Below the pieces are notes generated by a model. It did not search any database. It saw nothing but the letters and a program-made list of their open reading frames with translations, and was not told where the DNA came from. From the NCBI GenBank assembly GCA_002269645.1, contig NIVC01001843.1, positions 167,008 to 231,007 of the forward strand: a DNA stretch of 64,000 bases. The letters are read 5' to 3'. This stretch comes from Macrostomum lignano. Its lineage: Eukaryota. This document shows positions 13,012 to 25,390 of this stretch, piece by piece. Within the stretch, counting starts at the first letter, position 1; each line of letters starts with the position of its first letter. The translations under genes and the position numbers were made by a program.

Positions 13012-16000
13012 ATGCTAACCGAGGACACCAAAGTGATTGTTATCTGCATGGTCATATCCGGCTTTGTGATTGTGCTCGGCTTTCTAGTGTGCTTACTGTG
13101 TCCCTGCTGTCCTCTGCAGCGACTGCTGGACCGCTGCATTCGAAGGAATGCCGTCAGTGAGTTTGATTTTTTCTAAATGTACTTTAGCAAGCAGGAAGTC
13201 TGGAACAATCAAACCCCCAAAGTCCTGAGCGTTAAGCTTTCTTTCCCAAAGGGTTTTCAGCTATTGGCTCTCTTCGGGTTGTTGAGTCCTCGGGTCATTG
13301 GGTGTTTCGGTCGTTGGTTCCTCGAGTCATTTAGTGTTTGGGTCGTTGGGTCCTCGAGTCATTGGGTGTTTGGGTCGTTGGGTCCTCGAGTCATTTAGTG
13401 TTTGGGTCGTTGGGTCCTCAAGTCATTTGGTGTTTGGGTCGTTGGGTCCTCGAGTCATTTAGTGTTTGGGTCGTTGGGTCCTCGAGTCATTTAGTATTTG
13501 GGTCGTTGGGTCCTCAAGTCATTTGGTGTTTGGGTCGTTGGGTCCTCGAGTCATTTAGTGTTTGGGTCGTTGGGTCCTCGAGTCATTTAGTGTTTGGGTC
13601 ATTGGGTTCTCGAGTCATTTGGTGTTTGGGTTGTTGGGTCCTCGAGTCATTGGGTGTTTGGGTTGTTGAGTTCTCGAGTCATTTAGTGTTTGGGTTGTTG
13701 AGTTCTCGAGTCATTTAGTGTTTGGGTCGTTGGGTCCTCAAGTCATTTGGTGTTTGGGTCGTTGGGTCCTCGAGTCATTTAGTGTTTGGGTCGTTGGGTC
13801 CTCGAGTCATTTAGTATTTGGGTCGTTGGGTCCTCAAGTCATTTGGTGTTTGGGTCGTTGGGTCCTCGAGTCATTTAGTGTTTGGGTCGTTGGGTCCTCG
13901 AGTCATTTAGTGTTTGGGTCGTTGGGTCCTCGAGTCATTTAGTATTTAGGTCGTTGGGTCCTCGAGTCATTTAGTGTTTGGGTCGTTGGGTCCTCGAGTC
14001 ATTTAGTATTTGGGTCGTTGGGTCCTCGAGTCATTTAGTGTTTAAGTCGTTGGGTCCTCGAGTCATTTAGTGTTTAAGTCGTTGGGTCCTCGAGTCATTT
14101 AGTATTTGGGTCGTTGGGTCCTCGAGTCATTTAGTGTTTGGGTCGTTGGGTCCTCGAGTCATTTAGTGTTTAAGTCGTTGGGTCCTCGAGTCATTTAGTG
14201 TTTGGGTCGTTGGGTCCTCGAGTCATTTAGTGTTTAAGTCGTTGGGTCCTCGAGTCATTTAGTGTTTGGGTCGTTGGGTCCTCGAGTCATTTAGTGTTTG
14301 GGTCGTTGGGTCCTCGAGTCATTGGGTGTTCGGGTTGTTGTGTCCTCGAGTCATTGTGTGTTTGGGTCGTTGGGTCCTCGAGTCATTGGGTGTTCGGGTT
14401 GTTGTGTCCTCGAGTCATTTAGTGTTTGGGTTGTTGGGTTCTGGAGTCATTTGGTGTTTGGGTTGTTGGGTCCTCGAGTCATTGGGTGTTTGGGTTGTTG
14501 GGTCCTCGAGTCATTGTGTGTTTTGGTTGTTGAGTTCTCGAGTCATTTGGTTTTGGGGTTGTTGGGTCCTCGAGTCAATCGGTGTTTGGGTCGTTGGGTC
14601 TTTGAGTTTTCTTAGGTTATCAGGTCCTTTAGTTCTTGAGTCATTGAAGCCTTATTGAGTCATTGAGTTCTTGTGCTCATGGGGTCCTCGGATCTTCGAA
14701 TATTTACATGTAGCTACTCTAGATCTCAAGAATTTTGGTCTTGAGGTTCTTAAGTCATTGGATCTTTAGGATTTAGAATCCATAAGTCAATAATGTCTTC
14801 AAACGAGAGTCTCTGATTCTTAATTTTTTTCGGTCTCGGGGTTCTCGGGCTTGAGATACCTTTGACCCATTGACAAACGTTTTCTTAACCAGGAAAAGGC
14901 AAGGAGACGACAAACTGCTTGAAGGACTGCTGCTCAGATGAGACCTCATCAATCATTGAAGCAAACTTCAATGAAAAATACCCCTACGGAGGCATTCAGG
15001 TTAGTCAACTTTTTGGTCGCTGATTTACTTTGTATATTTTTGTTGCGTTTTCGGATGTTTAAACTTAGTACTGCACTCAAGGACAACAAATGCATTGTAT
15101 CTATCCTACCTTAATTCTTACTTAAGTCGTCCTGTTTCTGTACTGTCTAGAAAAATATGGAACAACATACACATTTTGGAATACGAGTATTGGAAAACGA
15201 GGAGAATGAAGTTATATAGCCAGTTGTTGTTCGGGAATATTTCCCTGCCCTGCATGTTCAAATACGAGTCAGTCAGATTTCTTAGAGAAAGTCAATGTAA
15301 AACCCTGTTGGAACACTACATATTCATCAAGTTTCATACTGCTAACTAACTGATTTATCGTTCACAGGCCTCTGGCGAGGTGCAATCAGTCTCAGGCATC
15401 TCCTATCCCAAAGCCTGGGAGCAGAAGCGCTTTGAAGCCGAGCCTAAGCCGTACATTACGCTGAACTTTTCCGTCACCCGCCAGAGCGACTGTCTGGTGG
15501 TGTACCTGTACAAAGCGGACGGCACACCCGGCCCCAAGCTGGGCCTGTGCCACAACAACTTTGCCCAGGTGCAACTGAGCGACGCGCGCAGTCAGACAGT
15601 CATAGCCGATGTCAGAACTCGCTTCATCAGCCACACAATGTCGCCAGTGTTCAATGAGACGCTGATCTTATCCATGCCATCCAATCTGCCAGCTGATCGG
15701 CTGAGCCTGTGCATTCAATGCATGGACTACGATAGGTTCAGTAGAGAGCGAGTCATTGGCGAAGTTCGAGTGCCTCTGCCGGTTGACTCGGAACAGACTG
15801 TTCAGTATAACAGCGTCCTGAGCGAGCCTCCTTTGGTGAGAACCCTGTCACACCTGTATCCCTGTCACACCTGTATCCCTGCCACACCTGTATCCCTGCC
15901 ACACCTGTATCCCTGCCACACCTGTATCCCTGCCACACCTGTATCCCTGCCACACCTGTATCCCTGCCACACCTGTATCCCTGTCACACCTGTATCCCTG

Positions 16001-19000
16001 CCACACCTGCATCCCTGCCACATCTGTATCCCTGCCACACCTGTATCCCTGCCACACCTGTATCCCTGTCACATCTGTACCCCTGCCACACCTGTACCCC
16101 TGTCACACCTGTATCCCTGCCACACCTGTATCCCTACCACACCTGTATCCCTGCCGCTGCCACACATGAATCCCTGCCACACCTGTATCCCTGCCACATC
16201 TGTATCCCTGCCACATCTGTATCCCTGCCACACCTGTATCCCTGCCACACCTGCATCCCTGCCACATCTGTATCCCTGCCACATCTGTATCCCTGCCACA
16301 CCTGTATCCCTGCCACACCTGCATCCCTGCCACACCTGTACCCCTGTCACACCTGTATCCCTGCCACACCTGTATCCCTGCCACACCTGTATCCCTGCCA
16401 CATCTGTATCCCTGCCACACCTGTATCCCTGCCACACCTGTATCCCTGCCACACCTGTATCCCTGTCACACCTGTATCCCTGCCACACCTGTATCCCTGC
16501 CACACCTGTATCCCTGCCGCTGCCACACATGAATCCCTGCCACACCTGTATCCCTGCCACACCTGTATCCCTGCCACACCTGTATCCCTGCCACACCTGT
16601 ATCCCTGCCACACCTGTATCCCTGCCACACCTGTATCCCTGCCACACCTGTATCCCTGCCACACCTGTATCCCTGCCACACCTGTATCCCTGCCACACCT
16701 GTATCCCTGCCACACCTGTATCCCTCCCACACCTGTATCCCTGCCACACCTGTATCCCTGCCACAACTGTATCCCTGCCACACCTGTATCCCTGCCACAC
16801 CTGTATCCCTGCCACACCTGTATCCCTGCCACACCTGTATCCCTGCCACAACTGTATCCCTGCCACACCTGTATCCCTGCCACACCTGTATCCCTGCCAC
16901 ACCTGTATCCCTGCCACACCTGTATCCCTGCCACACCTGTATCCCTGCCGCTGCCACACATGAATCCCTGCCACACCTGCATCTCTGCACCGACTTTACC
17001 CCATCCCCCCTCGCAACACAGAAAATACTAATCATAAATCTTTATAAGATCATTGATAGATAATTTATTTAGTCCTGAACCGTAAACCCTAAGCCCTGAG
17101 CCTTAAACCCTAACACCAAACCTTAGCCCTGATCGAAACTCGTCTCTCAGAGTCCCTCAGAATCCCTCAGAATCCCTCAGAATCTCTCAGAATCCCTCAG
17201 AATCCCTTAGAATCCCTCAGAATCTCTCAGAATCCCTCAGAATCCCTCAGAATCCCTCAGAATCCCTCAGAATCCCTCAGAATCCCTCAGAATCCCTCAG
17301 GGTCCCACAGAATCCCCCAGAATCCTTCAGAATCCCTCAGAATCCCTTAGAATCCCTCAGAATCTTTCAGAATCCCTCAAAATCCCTCAGAATCCCTCAG
17401 AATCCCTCAAAATCCTTCAGAATCCCTCAGAATCCCTCAGAATTCCTCAGAATCCCTCAGAAGCCCTCAGAATCCTTTAGAATCCCTCAGAATCCTCCAG
17501 AATCCCTCAGAATCCCTCAGAAGCCCTCAGAATCCTTTAGAATCCCTCAGAATTCCTCAGAAGCCCTCAGAATCCCTCAGAATCCCTCAAAATCCTTCAG
17601 AATCCCTCAGAATCCCTCAGAATTCCTCAGAATCCCTCAGAAGCCCTCAGAATCCTTTAGAATCCCTCAGAATCCTCCAGAATCCCTCAGAATCCCTCAG
17701 AAGCCCTCAGAATCTCTCAGAATCCCTCAGAATCCCTCAGAAGCCTCAGAATCCTTTAGAATTCATCAGAATCCTTCAGAATCCCTCAGAATTTAAAAAC
17801 CAGCTAAACTGAATTCTCCACATTCCGTTTCAGACTGAGAAAGGTGAAATCCTCATCGCCCTGCACTACATGCCCACAGCGGAGCGCCTTATTGTAATGC
17901 TCCTAAAAGCAAACAATGTCCTAACACAAGAGCGAAGAATTCCAGGTGAGCGCTATAATCGCATACTAATTACTCAGCTCCTCTGAATAGAAATCTTATT
18001 ACTCATCAGTGAAGCTATATTCTGTACTGTTCTCTTCTCATTTGGTCTGCACAAAGTTTGCTCAAGATAATATTGTCCATCATAAAGAGAATATCGAGAG
18101 CTCGTGTTTGCCTACTTTGGCATTATATACGAGTACATGTATATACGAGCAATATGCGATGTTGAAGTATGAGTCCAGCTTGATGACGCAGAGAGGTGGT
18201 AAACATTTGTCCCGCAGTTTAAACACATAGCCGTACTAAAGTCTTCACTCGGCTTTTGTTGCAATAATAAAAGAGGTTAATGTTCTTTATTTAAGCGACG
18301 CTACGAGTTTGTTACATTCTTCATTGAGCACTAATTGACCTTCGAATGAATCTTTGTTGAAAGTCTTCTCGAAGTGCTAAACACATGAAAACACTGACGC
18401 CATCGAAACGAATCAGTGATCTTGGTGGGTGGCCCCTGTGTCTTGATTTGGTGCCCCTGTGTCTTGGTTGGGTGCCTCTGTGTCTTGGCTGGTGCCCCTG
18501 TGTCTTGGTTGGGCGCCCCTGTGTCTTGGTTGGGTGCCTCTGTGTCTTGGTTGGGTGCCTCTGTGTCTTGGTTGGGCGCCCCTGTGTCTTGGTTGGGTGC
18601 CCCTGTGTCTTGGTTGGGCGCCCCTGTGTCTTGGCTGCATGGTGCCCCTGTGTCTTGGTTGGGTGCCCCTGTGTCTTGGTTGGTGCCTCTGTGTCTTGGT
18701 TGGGTGCCTCTGTGTCTTGGTTGGGTGCCTCTGTGTCTTGGTTGGGTGCCTCTGTGTCTTGGTTGGGCGCCCCTGTGTCTTGGTTGGGTGCCCCTGTGTC
18801 TTGGTTGGTGCCTCTGTGTCTTGGTTGGGTGCCTCTGTGTCTTGGTTGGGTGCCTCTGTGTCTTGATTTGGTGCCCCTGTGTCTTGGTTGGGCGCCCCTG
18901 TGTCTTGGTTGGGTGCCCCTGTGTCTTGGTTGGTGCCTCTGTGTCTTGGTTGGGTGCCTCTGTGTCTTGGTTGGGTGCCTCTGTGTCTTGGTTGGGTGCC

Positions 19001-22000
19001 TCTGTGTCTTGGTTGGGCGCCCCTGTGTCTTGGTTGGGTGCCCCTGTGTCTTGGTTGGTGCCTCTGTGTCTTGGTTGGGTGCCTCTGTGTCTTGGTTGGG
19101 TGCCTCTGTGTCTTGATTTGGTGCCCCTGTGTCTTGGTTGGGTGCCCCTATGTCTTGGTTGGGTGCCTCTGTGTCTTGGCTGGTGCCTCTGTGTCTTGGT
19201 TGGGTGCCCCTGTGTCTTGGTTGCATGGTGCCTCTGTGTCTTGGTTGGGTGCCTCTGTGTCTTGGTTGGGTGCCCCTGTGTCTTGGTTGCATGGAGCCTC
19301 TGTGTCTTGGTTGGGTGCCTCTGTGTCTTGGTTGGGTGCCTCTGTGTCTTGGTTGCATGGTGCCTCTGTGTCTTGGTTGGGTGCCCCTGTGTCTTGGCTG
19401 GGCGCCCCTGTGTCTTGGTTGGGTGCCCCTGTGTCTTGGCTGGGTGCCCCTGTGTCTTGGTTGGGTGCCCCTGTGTCTTGGCTGGGTGCCCCTGTGTCTT
19501 GGTTGGGTGCCCCTGTGTCTTGGTTGGGTGCCTCTGTGTCTTGGTTGGGTGCCTCTGTGTCTTGGTTGGGCGCTCCTGTGTCTTGGTTGGGTGCCTCTGT
19601 GTCTTGGTTGGGTGCCTCTGTGTCTTGGTTGGGCGCCCCTGTGTCTTGGTTGGGTGCCTCTGTGTCTTGGCTGGGTGCCTCTGTGTCTTGGCTGGGTGCC
19701 TCTGTGTCTTGGTTGGGTGCCTCTGTGTCTTGGCTGGGTGCCTCTGTGTCTTGGTTGGGTGCCTCTGTGTCTTGGTTGGGCGCCCCTGTGTCTTGGTTGG
19801 GTGCCTCTGTGTCTTGGCTGGGTGCCTCTGTGTCTTGGTTGGGTGCCTCTGTGTCTTGGTTGGTGCCTCTGTGTCTTGGCTGGTGCCCCTGTGTCTTGGT
19901 TGGGTGCCTCTGTGTCTTGGTTGGGCGCCCCTGTGTCTTGGTTGGTGCCCCTGTGTCTTGGCTGGTGCCCCTGTGTCTTGGTTGGGCGCCCCTGTGTCTT
20001 GGTTGGGTGCCTCTGTGTCTTGGTTGGTGCCTCTGTGTCTTGGTTGGGTGCCTCTGTGTCTTGGTTGGGTGCCTGTGTCTTGGTTGGGCGCCCCTGTGTC
20101 TTGGTTGCATGGTGCCTCTGTGTCTTGGCTGCATGGTGCCTCTGTGTCTTGGTTGGGCGCCCCTGTGTCTTGGTTGGGTGCCCCTGTGTCTTGGTTGGGT
20201 GCCCCTGTGTCTTGGTTGGGTGCCCCTGTGTCTTGGTTGGGTGCCCCTGTGTCTTGGTTGGGTGCCTCTGTGTCTTGGCTGCATGGTGCCTCTGTGTCTT
20301 GGTTGGGCGCCTCTGTGTCTTGGTTGCATGGTGCCTCTGTGTCTTGGCTGCATGGTGCCCTGTGTCTTGGTTGGGCGCCCCTGTGTCTTGGTTGGGTGCC
20401 CCTGTGTCTTGGTTGGGTGCCTCTGTGTCTTGGTTGGGTGCCCCTGTGTCTTGGTTGCATGGTGCCTCTGTCTTGGTTGGGCGCCCCTGTGTCTTGGCTG
20501 CATGGTGCCTCTGTGTCTTGGTTGGGCGCCCCTGTGTCTTGGTTGGGCGCCCCTGTGTCTTGGTTGGGCGTCCCTGTGTCTTGGTTGGGTGCCCCTGTGT
20601 CTTGGTTGCATGGTGCCTCTGTGTCTTGGTTGGGTGCCCCTGTGTCTTGGTTTCATAATGCCTCTGTGTCTTGGTTGGGTGCCTCTGTGTCTTGGTTGGG
20701 CGCCCCTGTGTCTTGGTTGGGTGCCCCTGTGTCTTGGTTGCATGGTGCCTCTGTGTCTTGGTTGGGCGCCCCTGTGTCTTGGCTGCATGGTGCCTCTGTG
20801 TCTTGGTTGGGCGCCCCTGTGTCTTGGTTGGGCGCCCCTGTGTCTTGGTTGGGCGTCCCTGTGTCTTGGTTGGGTGCCCCTGTGTCTTGGTTGGGTGCCC
20901 CTGTGTCTTGGTTGGGTGCCCCTGTGTCTTGGTTGCATGGTGCCTCTGTGTCTTGGTTGGGTGCCCCTGTGTCTTGGTTTCATAATGCCTCTGTGTCTTG
21001 GTTGGGTGCCTCTGTGTCTTGGTTGGGCGCCCCTGTGTCTTGGTTGGTGCCTCTGTGTCTTGGTTGGGTGCCTCTGTGTCTTGGTTGGGTGCCTCTGTGT
21101 CTTGGTTGGGCGCCCCTGTGTCTTGGTTGGTGCCTCTGTGTCTTGGTTGGGTGCCTCTGTGTCTTGGTTGGGTGCCTGTGTCTTGGTTGGGCGCCCCTGT
21201 GTCTTGGTTGCTGCCTCTGTGTCTTGGTTGGGCGCCCCTGTGTCTTGGTTGCTGCCTCTGTGTCTTGGTTGCTGCCTCTGTGTCTTGGTTGGGTGCCTCT
21301 GTGTCTTGGTTGGGTGCCCCTGTGTCTTGGTTGGGTGCCCCTGTGTCTTGGTTGCTGCCTCTGTGTCTTGGTTGCTGCCTCTGTGTCTTGGTTGCTGCCT
21401 CTGTGTCTTGGTTGCTGCCTCTGTGTCTTGGCTGGTGCCCCTGTGTCTTGGTTGGCGCCCCTGTCTTGGTGGGTGCCCCCTGTTTCTCAGTTGGCGCCCC
21501 TGTGTCCTGGTTGGGCGCCCCTGTGTCCTGTTTGGCGTCCCTGTCCTGGTGTCAACTTAAAATCTTAGGTTAAGTTTCGGGAGTAGAGCAATTTATTTTT
21601 TTTGGGAGGTGGGGCAGCCACCCCTACGCCACAGCTCATAAATGCATTATACTGACTCCCAGCTAACCATCGAAATCACCGCACGCAGCTCCCTACTTAC
21701 AAGTAGTCCTACTGGCAAATGGATCGGCAGCATTCAAGAAGCGAACCAGACTGTTTGAGGAAAGTTCAAGACCAGTATTCAACGAGTCAGTGACAGTTAG
21801 CGTGCCCAGACACAGCCTAGGCCGAGTGACCCTGATCGTGTCCCTGATGAACTGTCACCTGAGGAAGCGAATCAGGCCGGACCTTGACAACTGCCTGGGC
21901 TACGTTGTCTTCTCTAGCAGCTGCTACGGCAGCGGCAAGGTGCACTGGACAGAGATGCAGAATAGGCCGCGGACTGCGCTAGCGTATTGGCATAAATTAT

Positions 22001-22005
22001 GCTAA
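13012..22005 (+). CDS. Synaptotagmin-like protein (N-terminal TM, C2A, C2B), 5 exons, about 382 aa, probably Ca2+-independent
   Basis: Exons 13012-13156, 14893-14999, 15368-15835, 17834-17945 and 21689-22005 all have GT-AG boundaries with consistent phases (1,0,0,1) and total 1149 nt. TM segment VIVICMVISGFVIVLGFLVCLLCPCC has a Cys cluster. C2A motifs are SPVFNETL and MDYDRFSRERVIGEV. C2B motifs are GEILIALHYMPTAERL, PYLQV, PVFNESV and HWTEMQNRPRTALAYWHKL. Confidence 0.9.
13275..14660. repeat. 32-bp minisatellite GGGTCGTTGGGTCCTCGAGTCATTTAGTGTTT in synaptotagmin intron 1
   Basis: About 40 tandem units with degenerate edges. Confidence 0.97.
15845..16975. repeat. 17-bp minisatellite CACACCTGTATCCCTGC in synaptotagmin intron 3
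   Basis: Starts about 10 bp after the donor at 15836. It explains the HLYPCHTCIPATPVSLP tail of ORF 15380-16963. Confidence 0.97.
17150..17792. repeat. 10-bp tandem repeat CAGAATCCCT in synaptotagmin intron 3
   Basis: About 60 units ending about 40 bp before the acceptor at 17833. Confidence 0.97.
18432..21548. repeat. 20-24-bp minisatellite CTGTGTCTTGGTTGGGTGCC(C/T) in synaptotagmin intron 4
   Basis: About 145 units with variants (GCATGG insertion, GGTG deletion). It produces long spurious ORFs on both strands. Confidence 0.97.
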
Positions 22006-22504
22006 TTAGGCATCAATCTGCTGCCACCCCGAAGCCCCTCCCCTCGATACTTATGCAGATACATGGTACCTGACTAATATTGCACGTGGTTTACTTTCAA
22101 TGAATATCGATGTTTAGGGATGCAATTTCGTTACGCACTACTGACAGCTACTTAAGTACGAGTATAGGTATAGAATATTGTAAGTTTAATCAGGAATGAG
22201 TCGCAATGATGGTCATGTGTACTTACATGTAACTAGGGCATCAGTGTATCCAGTTCCTGCTGACACCCGCAAGTCACCCAAGTGTGGGGACGCATTTTTA
22301 ACCGGTTATTCCTCATCCCGAGGCACTGACTTTCCTGCTGTATATCTGTGTTCTGGCAATTTCGCATCAAAACTCTTTGGTTATTTGTCTTTTAATGAAA
22401 AAATGTACAACCAAGTAGCTTTTCTGTTGACCATATTTTCATGCATGTAGTATGCGCAAATTAATTGTTGTACTTGTGTTGTACTTGTACGATTTTCTGC
22501 TACT

Positions 22505-22558
22505 TAAACAGACAGACACACAGACACACAGACATACAGACAGACAGACAGGCAGACA

Positions 22559-22599
<41 letters not shown>

Positions 22600-22638
22600 A
22601 CAGACAGACAGACAGGCAGACAGACAGACAGACAGACA

Positions 22639-22719
<81 letters not shown>

Positions 22720-22800
22720 ACAGACAGACAGGCAGGCAGGCAGACAGGCAGACAGAGACAGACACTAAGAGACACTAAGAGACACTAAGACAGACAGAAA
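22505..22800. repeat. (CAGA)n/(CAGG)n compound microsatellite
   Basis: Direct reading. Confidence 0.95.
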
Positions 22801-23164
22801 CAGAATCACAAACTAAGATTTGACATTAATTGGCTTTCAATGCCATGCATGCAATTACTATTGACGAATCTCCATTTTCACAGTACGTCCTGTACTATGA
22901 TTTTTATGCTACACAGTGCAAAGAATATAAAAACAGTCCATTTATGACTATAAGTATTTTGCCTTATTTCATATAGCTACTACAGATGGCGATAACATAT
23001 TCTATTTTGCTCACTAGCTAGCGAATAAACACTGCAACAAATGATTTCTTTGTTTGATTCTTTGTACTCGTTTTAAGGTCGCGATGCACTTTATAAACTT
23101 GTATGATACATGAATACGAGTCAATTAATTTTGTTTAATCGAAATTCGTACTTATAAAGGAATT

Positions 23165-23385
23165 ATTTTAGAATCTCAACCCCTGATGCCTGAGAATGTG
23201 AGAATCTCAGACCATGGGTGACTGAGAATGCGAGAATCTCACCCATTGATGCTTGAGATGAGAATTTGAAAATCTCACCCCTTGATGCCAGCTAAGAATG
23301 TGAAAATCTCACCCATGCTAGAGAATGTGAGAATCTCACCCCTGGATGCCAGAGAATTTGAGAATCTTACCCTTCTCACCCCTTG
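23165..23385. repeat. Degenerate ~33-bp repeat GAGAATGTGAGAATCTCACCCCTTGATGC
   Basis: About 6 diverged copies. Confidence 0.8.
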
Positions 23386-24679
23386 CTGATCTAAACACTA
23401 CCTAATACACTTCTACGTGAATGCAGTCAACAAAATAAGTAACACCGTTAAAATTCGAAGAAATCTACAATAATTTAATGACGCGTGGGGGCAGATGGGC
23501 TTTGTGCTAAAATGAAAAGCCCTAAGTATTATTATATTATTAAATAGCATTACATGACAAAACGAGAATTCCAGTATAGTTTCAGGATTTAATTTAATAA
23601 AAAACCGCAAACAGCCTACTTATATCAGTAGTGAATTCAGTGCAATACTAAGGAGGTTTTTCGTTTAGGGTGCACAAAAACAAAAGTTTTAATAATGGAG
23701 GAAAAATGCGACACATAGCTAATATTTAGTTAGTAATAAGTAATGCTTTTTCTGCACTTTTTACTTCTCAGACATTTAAAAACTAAAATAACTTATTTTA
23801 TCATCATGATCAATTAACGTAAAAGAGATTTTTTAAAATGCAAAATTCACCTTAACTGAATGGTGGGTTAGTGGCGTAGGCGGGCATTGGGGGAGATGGG
23901 TCTAGTGGCTGTTAATATAATACACAAAATTCACTATTGTAACACAATGCGAAAGGGGGGCTAAATATATTTTTATTTTGCTTTTTTTCATCTTAAAAAC
24001 AAGCTAAAAGAAGCTAAACACACGGCAAAAATAGAGCAGGCAGACGAGGGCCAATGAATCAGTGAGCCAGTTAAAGCAGCTACTCATCAATCTGCAATTA
24101 ACAATCATTATACATCGCAATTTAAATGCCCCCTTTGTAAATAACAGATAAAATCGGCCGCTTATAGTAGTAACATGCGCGCAAAGCAGTAGATTTTTTA
24201 TCGAATAAATGTTTCAAATTAGCTCGTAAATAGACCGATAAAGGCAGCTTTCTAATAAAAATTTACAATCGATTGAAAAGGGACCAAAAAATCAATCACT
24301 TTTTTGTTATAATGCTTTGAACAAACTTAACAATGCAAGAAGATAGTTAGTTAGAAAATCCGCTACTGTCAAAATAGGATTGTTACAAATAAAACAAGAG
24401 GGAAAGCGAAGGAAAATGCAGGATTAAATTAAGATGCAAAGTTTTCTTTTTTTCTAAGAAAAAGCACAGCAACTTCGTAGGTACATAATTAACAAAATCG
24501 ACAATCAAATTTCGGCACATATTTAAAAAACGCCCTGCGCACTGCACGAAAATGCACAAATCAACTCGTGTAGGTAATAAATATACTTTTAAAGTAGTGA
24601 ACTGTCTGTAAAGTTTTTCTAAACGTGCCATGGGGGTGGTTGGGTAAGGGTGTTGGTTAGGAGAGGCGGGTGTACATTG

Positions 24680-25390
24680 AGGGGTGAAGGGGTAATGAAG
24701 GGGTAGGGGAGAGGTGGAGGGGTAGGGGTTTGGTTGAGAGCGGTGAGTGTACTTTGTGGGGGGGGTAAGAGGGGTAGGGGTTTGGTTGAGAGCGGCGAGT
24801 GTACTTTGTGGGGGGGGTAAGAGGGGTAGGGGTTTGGTTGAGAGCGGCGAGTGTACTTTGTGGGGGGGGTAAGAGGGGTAGGGGTTTGGTTGAGAGAGGC
24901 GAGTGTACTTTGTGGGGGGGGGTAAGAGGGTTTGGTCGAGAGCGGTGAGTGTACTTTGTGGGGGGTAAGAGGGGTAGGGGTTTGGTTGAGAGCGGCGAGT
25001 GTACTTTGTGGGGGGGGTAAGAGGGGTAAGGTTTGGTTGAGAGAGGCGAGTGTACTTTGTGGGGGGGTAAGAGGGGTAGGGGTTTGGTTGAGAGCGGCGA
25101 GTGTACTTTGTGGGGGGGGTAAGAGGGGTAAGGTTTGGTTGAGAGAGGCGAGTGTACTTTGTGGGGGGTAAGAGGGGTAGGGGTTTGGTTGAGAAAGGCG
25201 AGTGTACATTGGGGGTAAGAGGGGTAAGGTTTGGTTGAGAGAGGCGAGTGTACATTGGGGGGTAAGAGGGGTAAGGTTTGGTTGAGAGAGGCGAGTGTAC
25301 ATTGGGGGGTAAGAGGGGTAAGGTTTGGTTGAGAGAGGCGAGTGTACATTGGGGGTAAGAGGGGTAAGGTTTGGTTGAGAGGCGAGTGTA
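24680..25390. repeat. ~51-bp G-rich minisatellite GGGGTTTGGTTGAGAGCGGCGAGTGTACTTTGTGGGGGGGGTAAGAGGGGTA
   Basis: About 14 units with variable G-run lengths. Confidence 0.95.

Noticed and set aside
15836-16982. Cys/His-rich tail of ORF 15380-16963 as a metal-binding repeat domain
   Set aside because: A GTGAGA donor at 15836 splices in frame to the C2B exon, so the tail is the intronic 17-bp repeat. Intron retention is untested.
18331-21573. Very long ORFs of 500-1050 aa on both strands
   Set aside because: They come from a stop-free 21-bp repeat that is open in nearly all frames and lies inside synaptotagmin intron 4.
22190-22450. Minus-strand exon ending at GTAAGT as a partner for the orphan 18.3-kb segment
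   Set aside because: The open frame is preceded by a stop with no usable acceptor.
21600-23890. Isolated CTACGCCACAG (~21625) and TAGTGGCGTAG (~23870) as further hAT MITEs
   Set aside because: Each is a single end with no partner TIR or TSD, so at most these are fragments.
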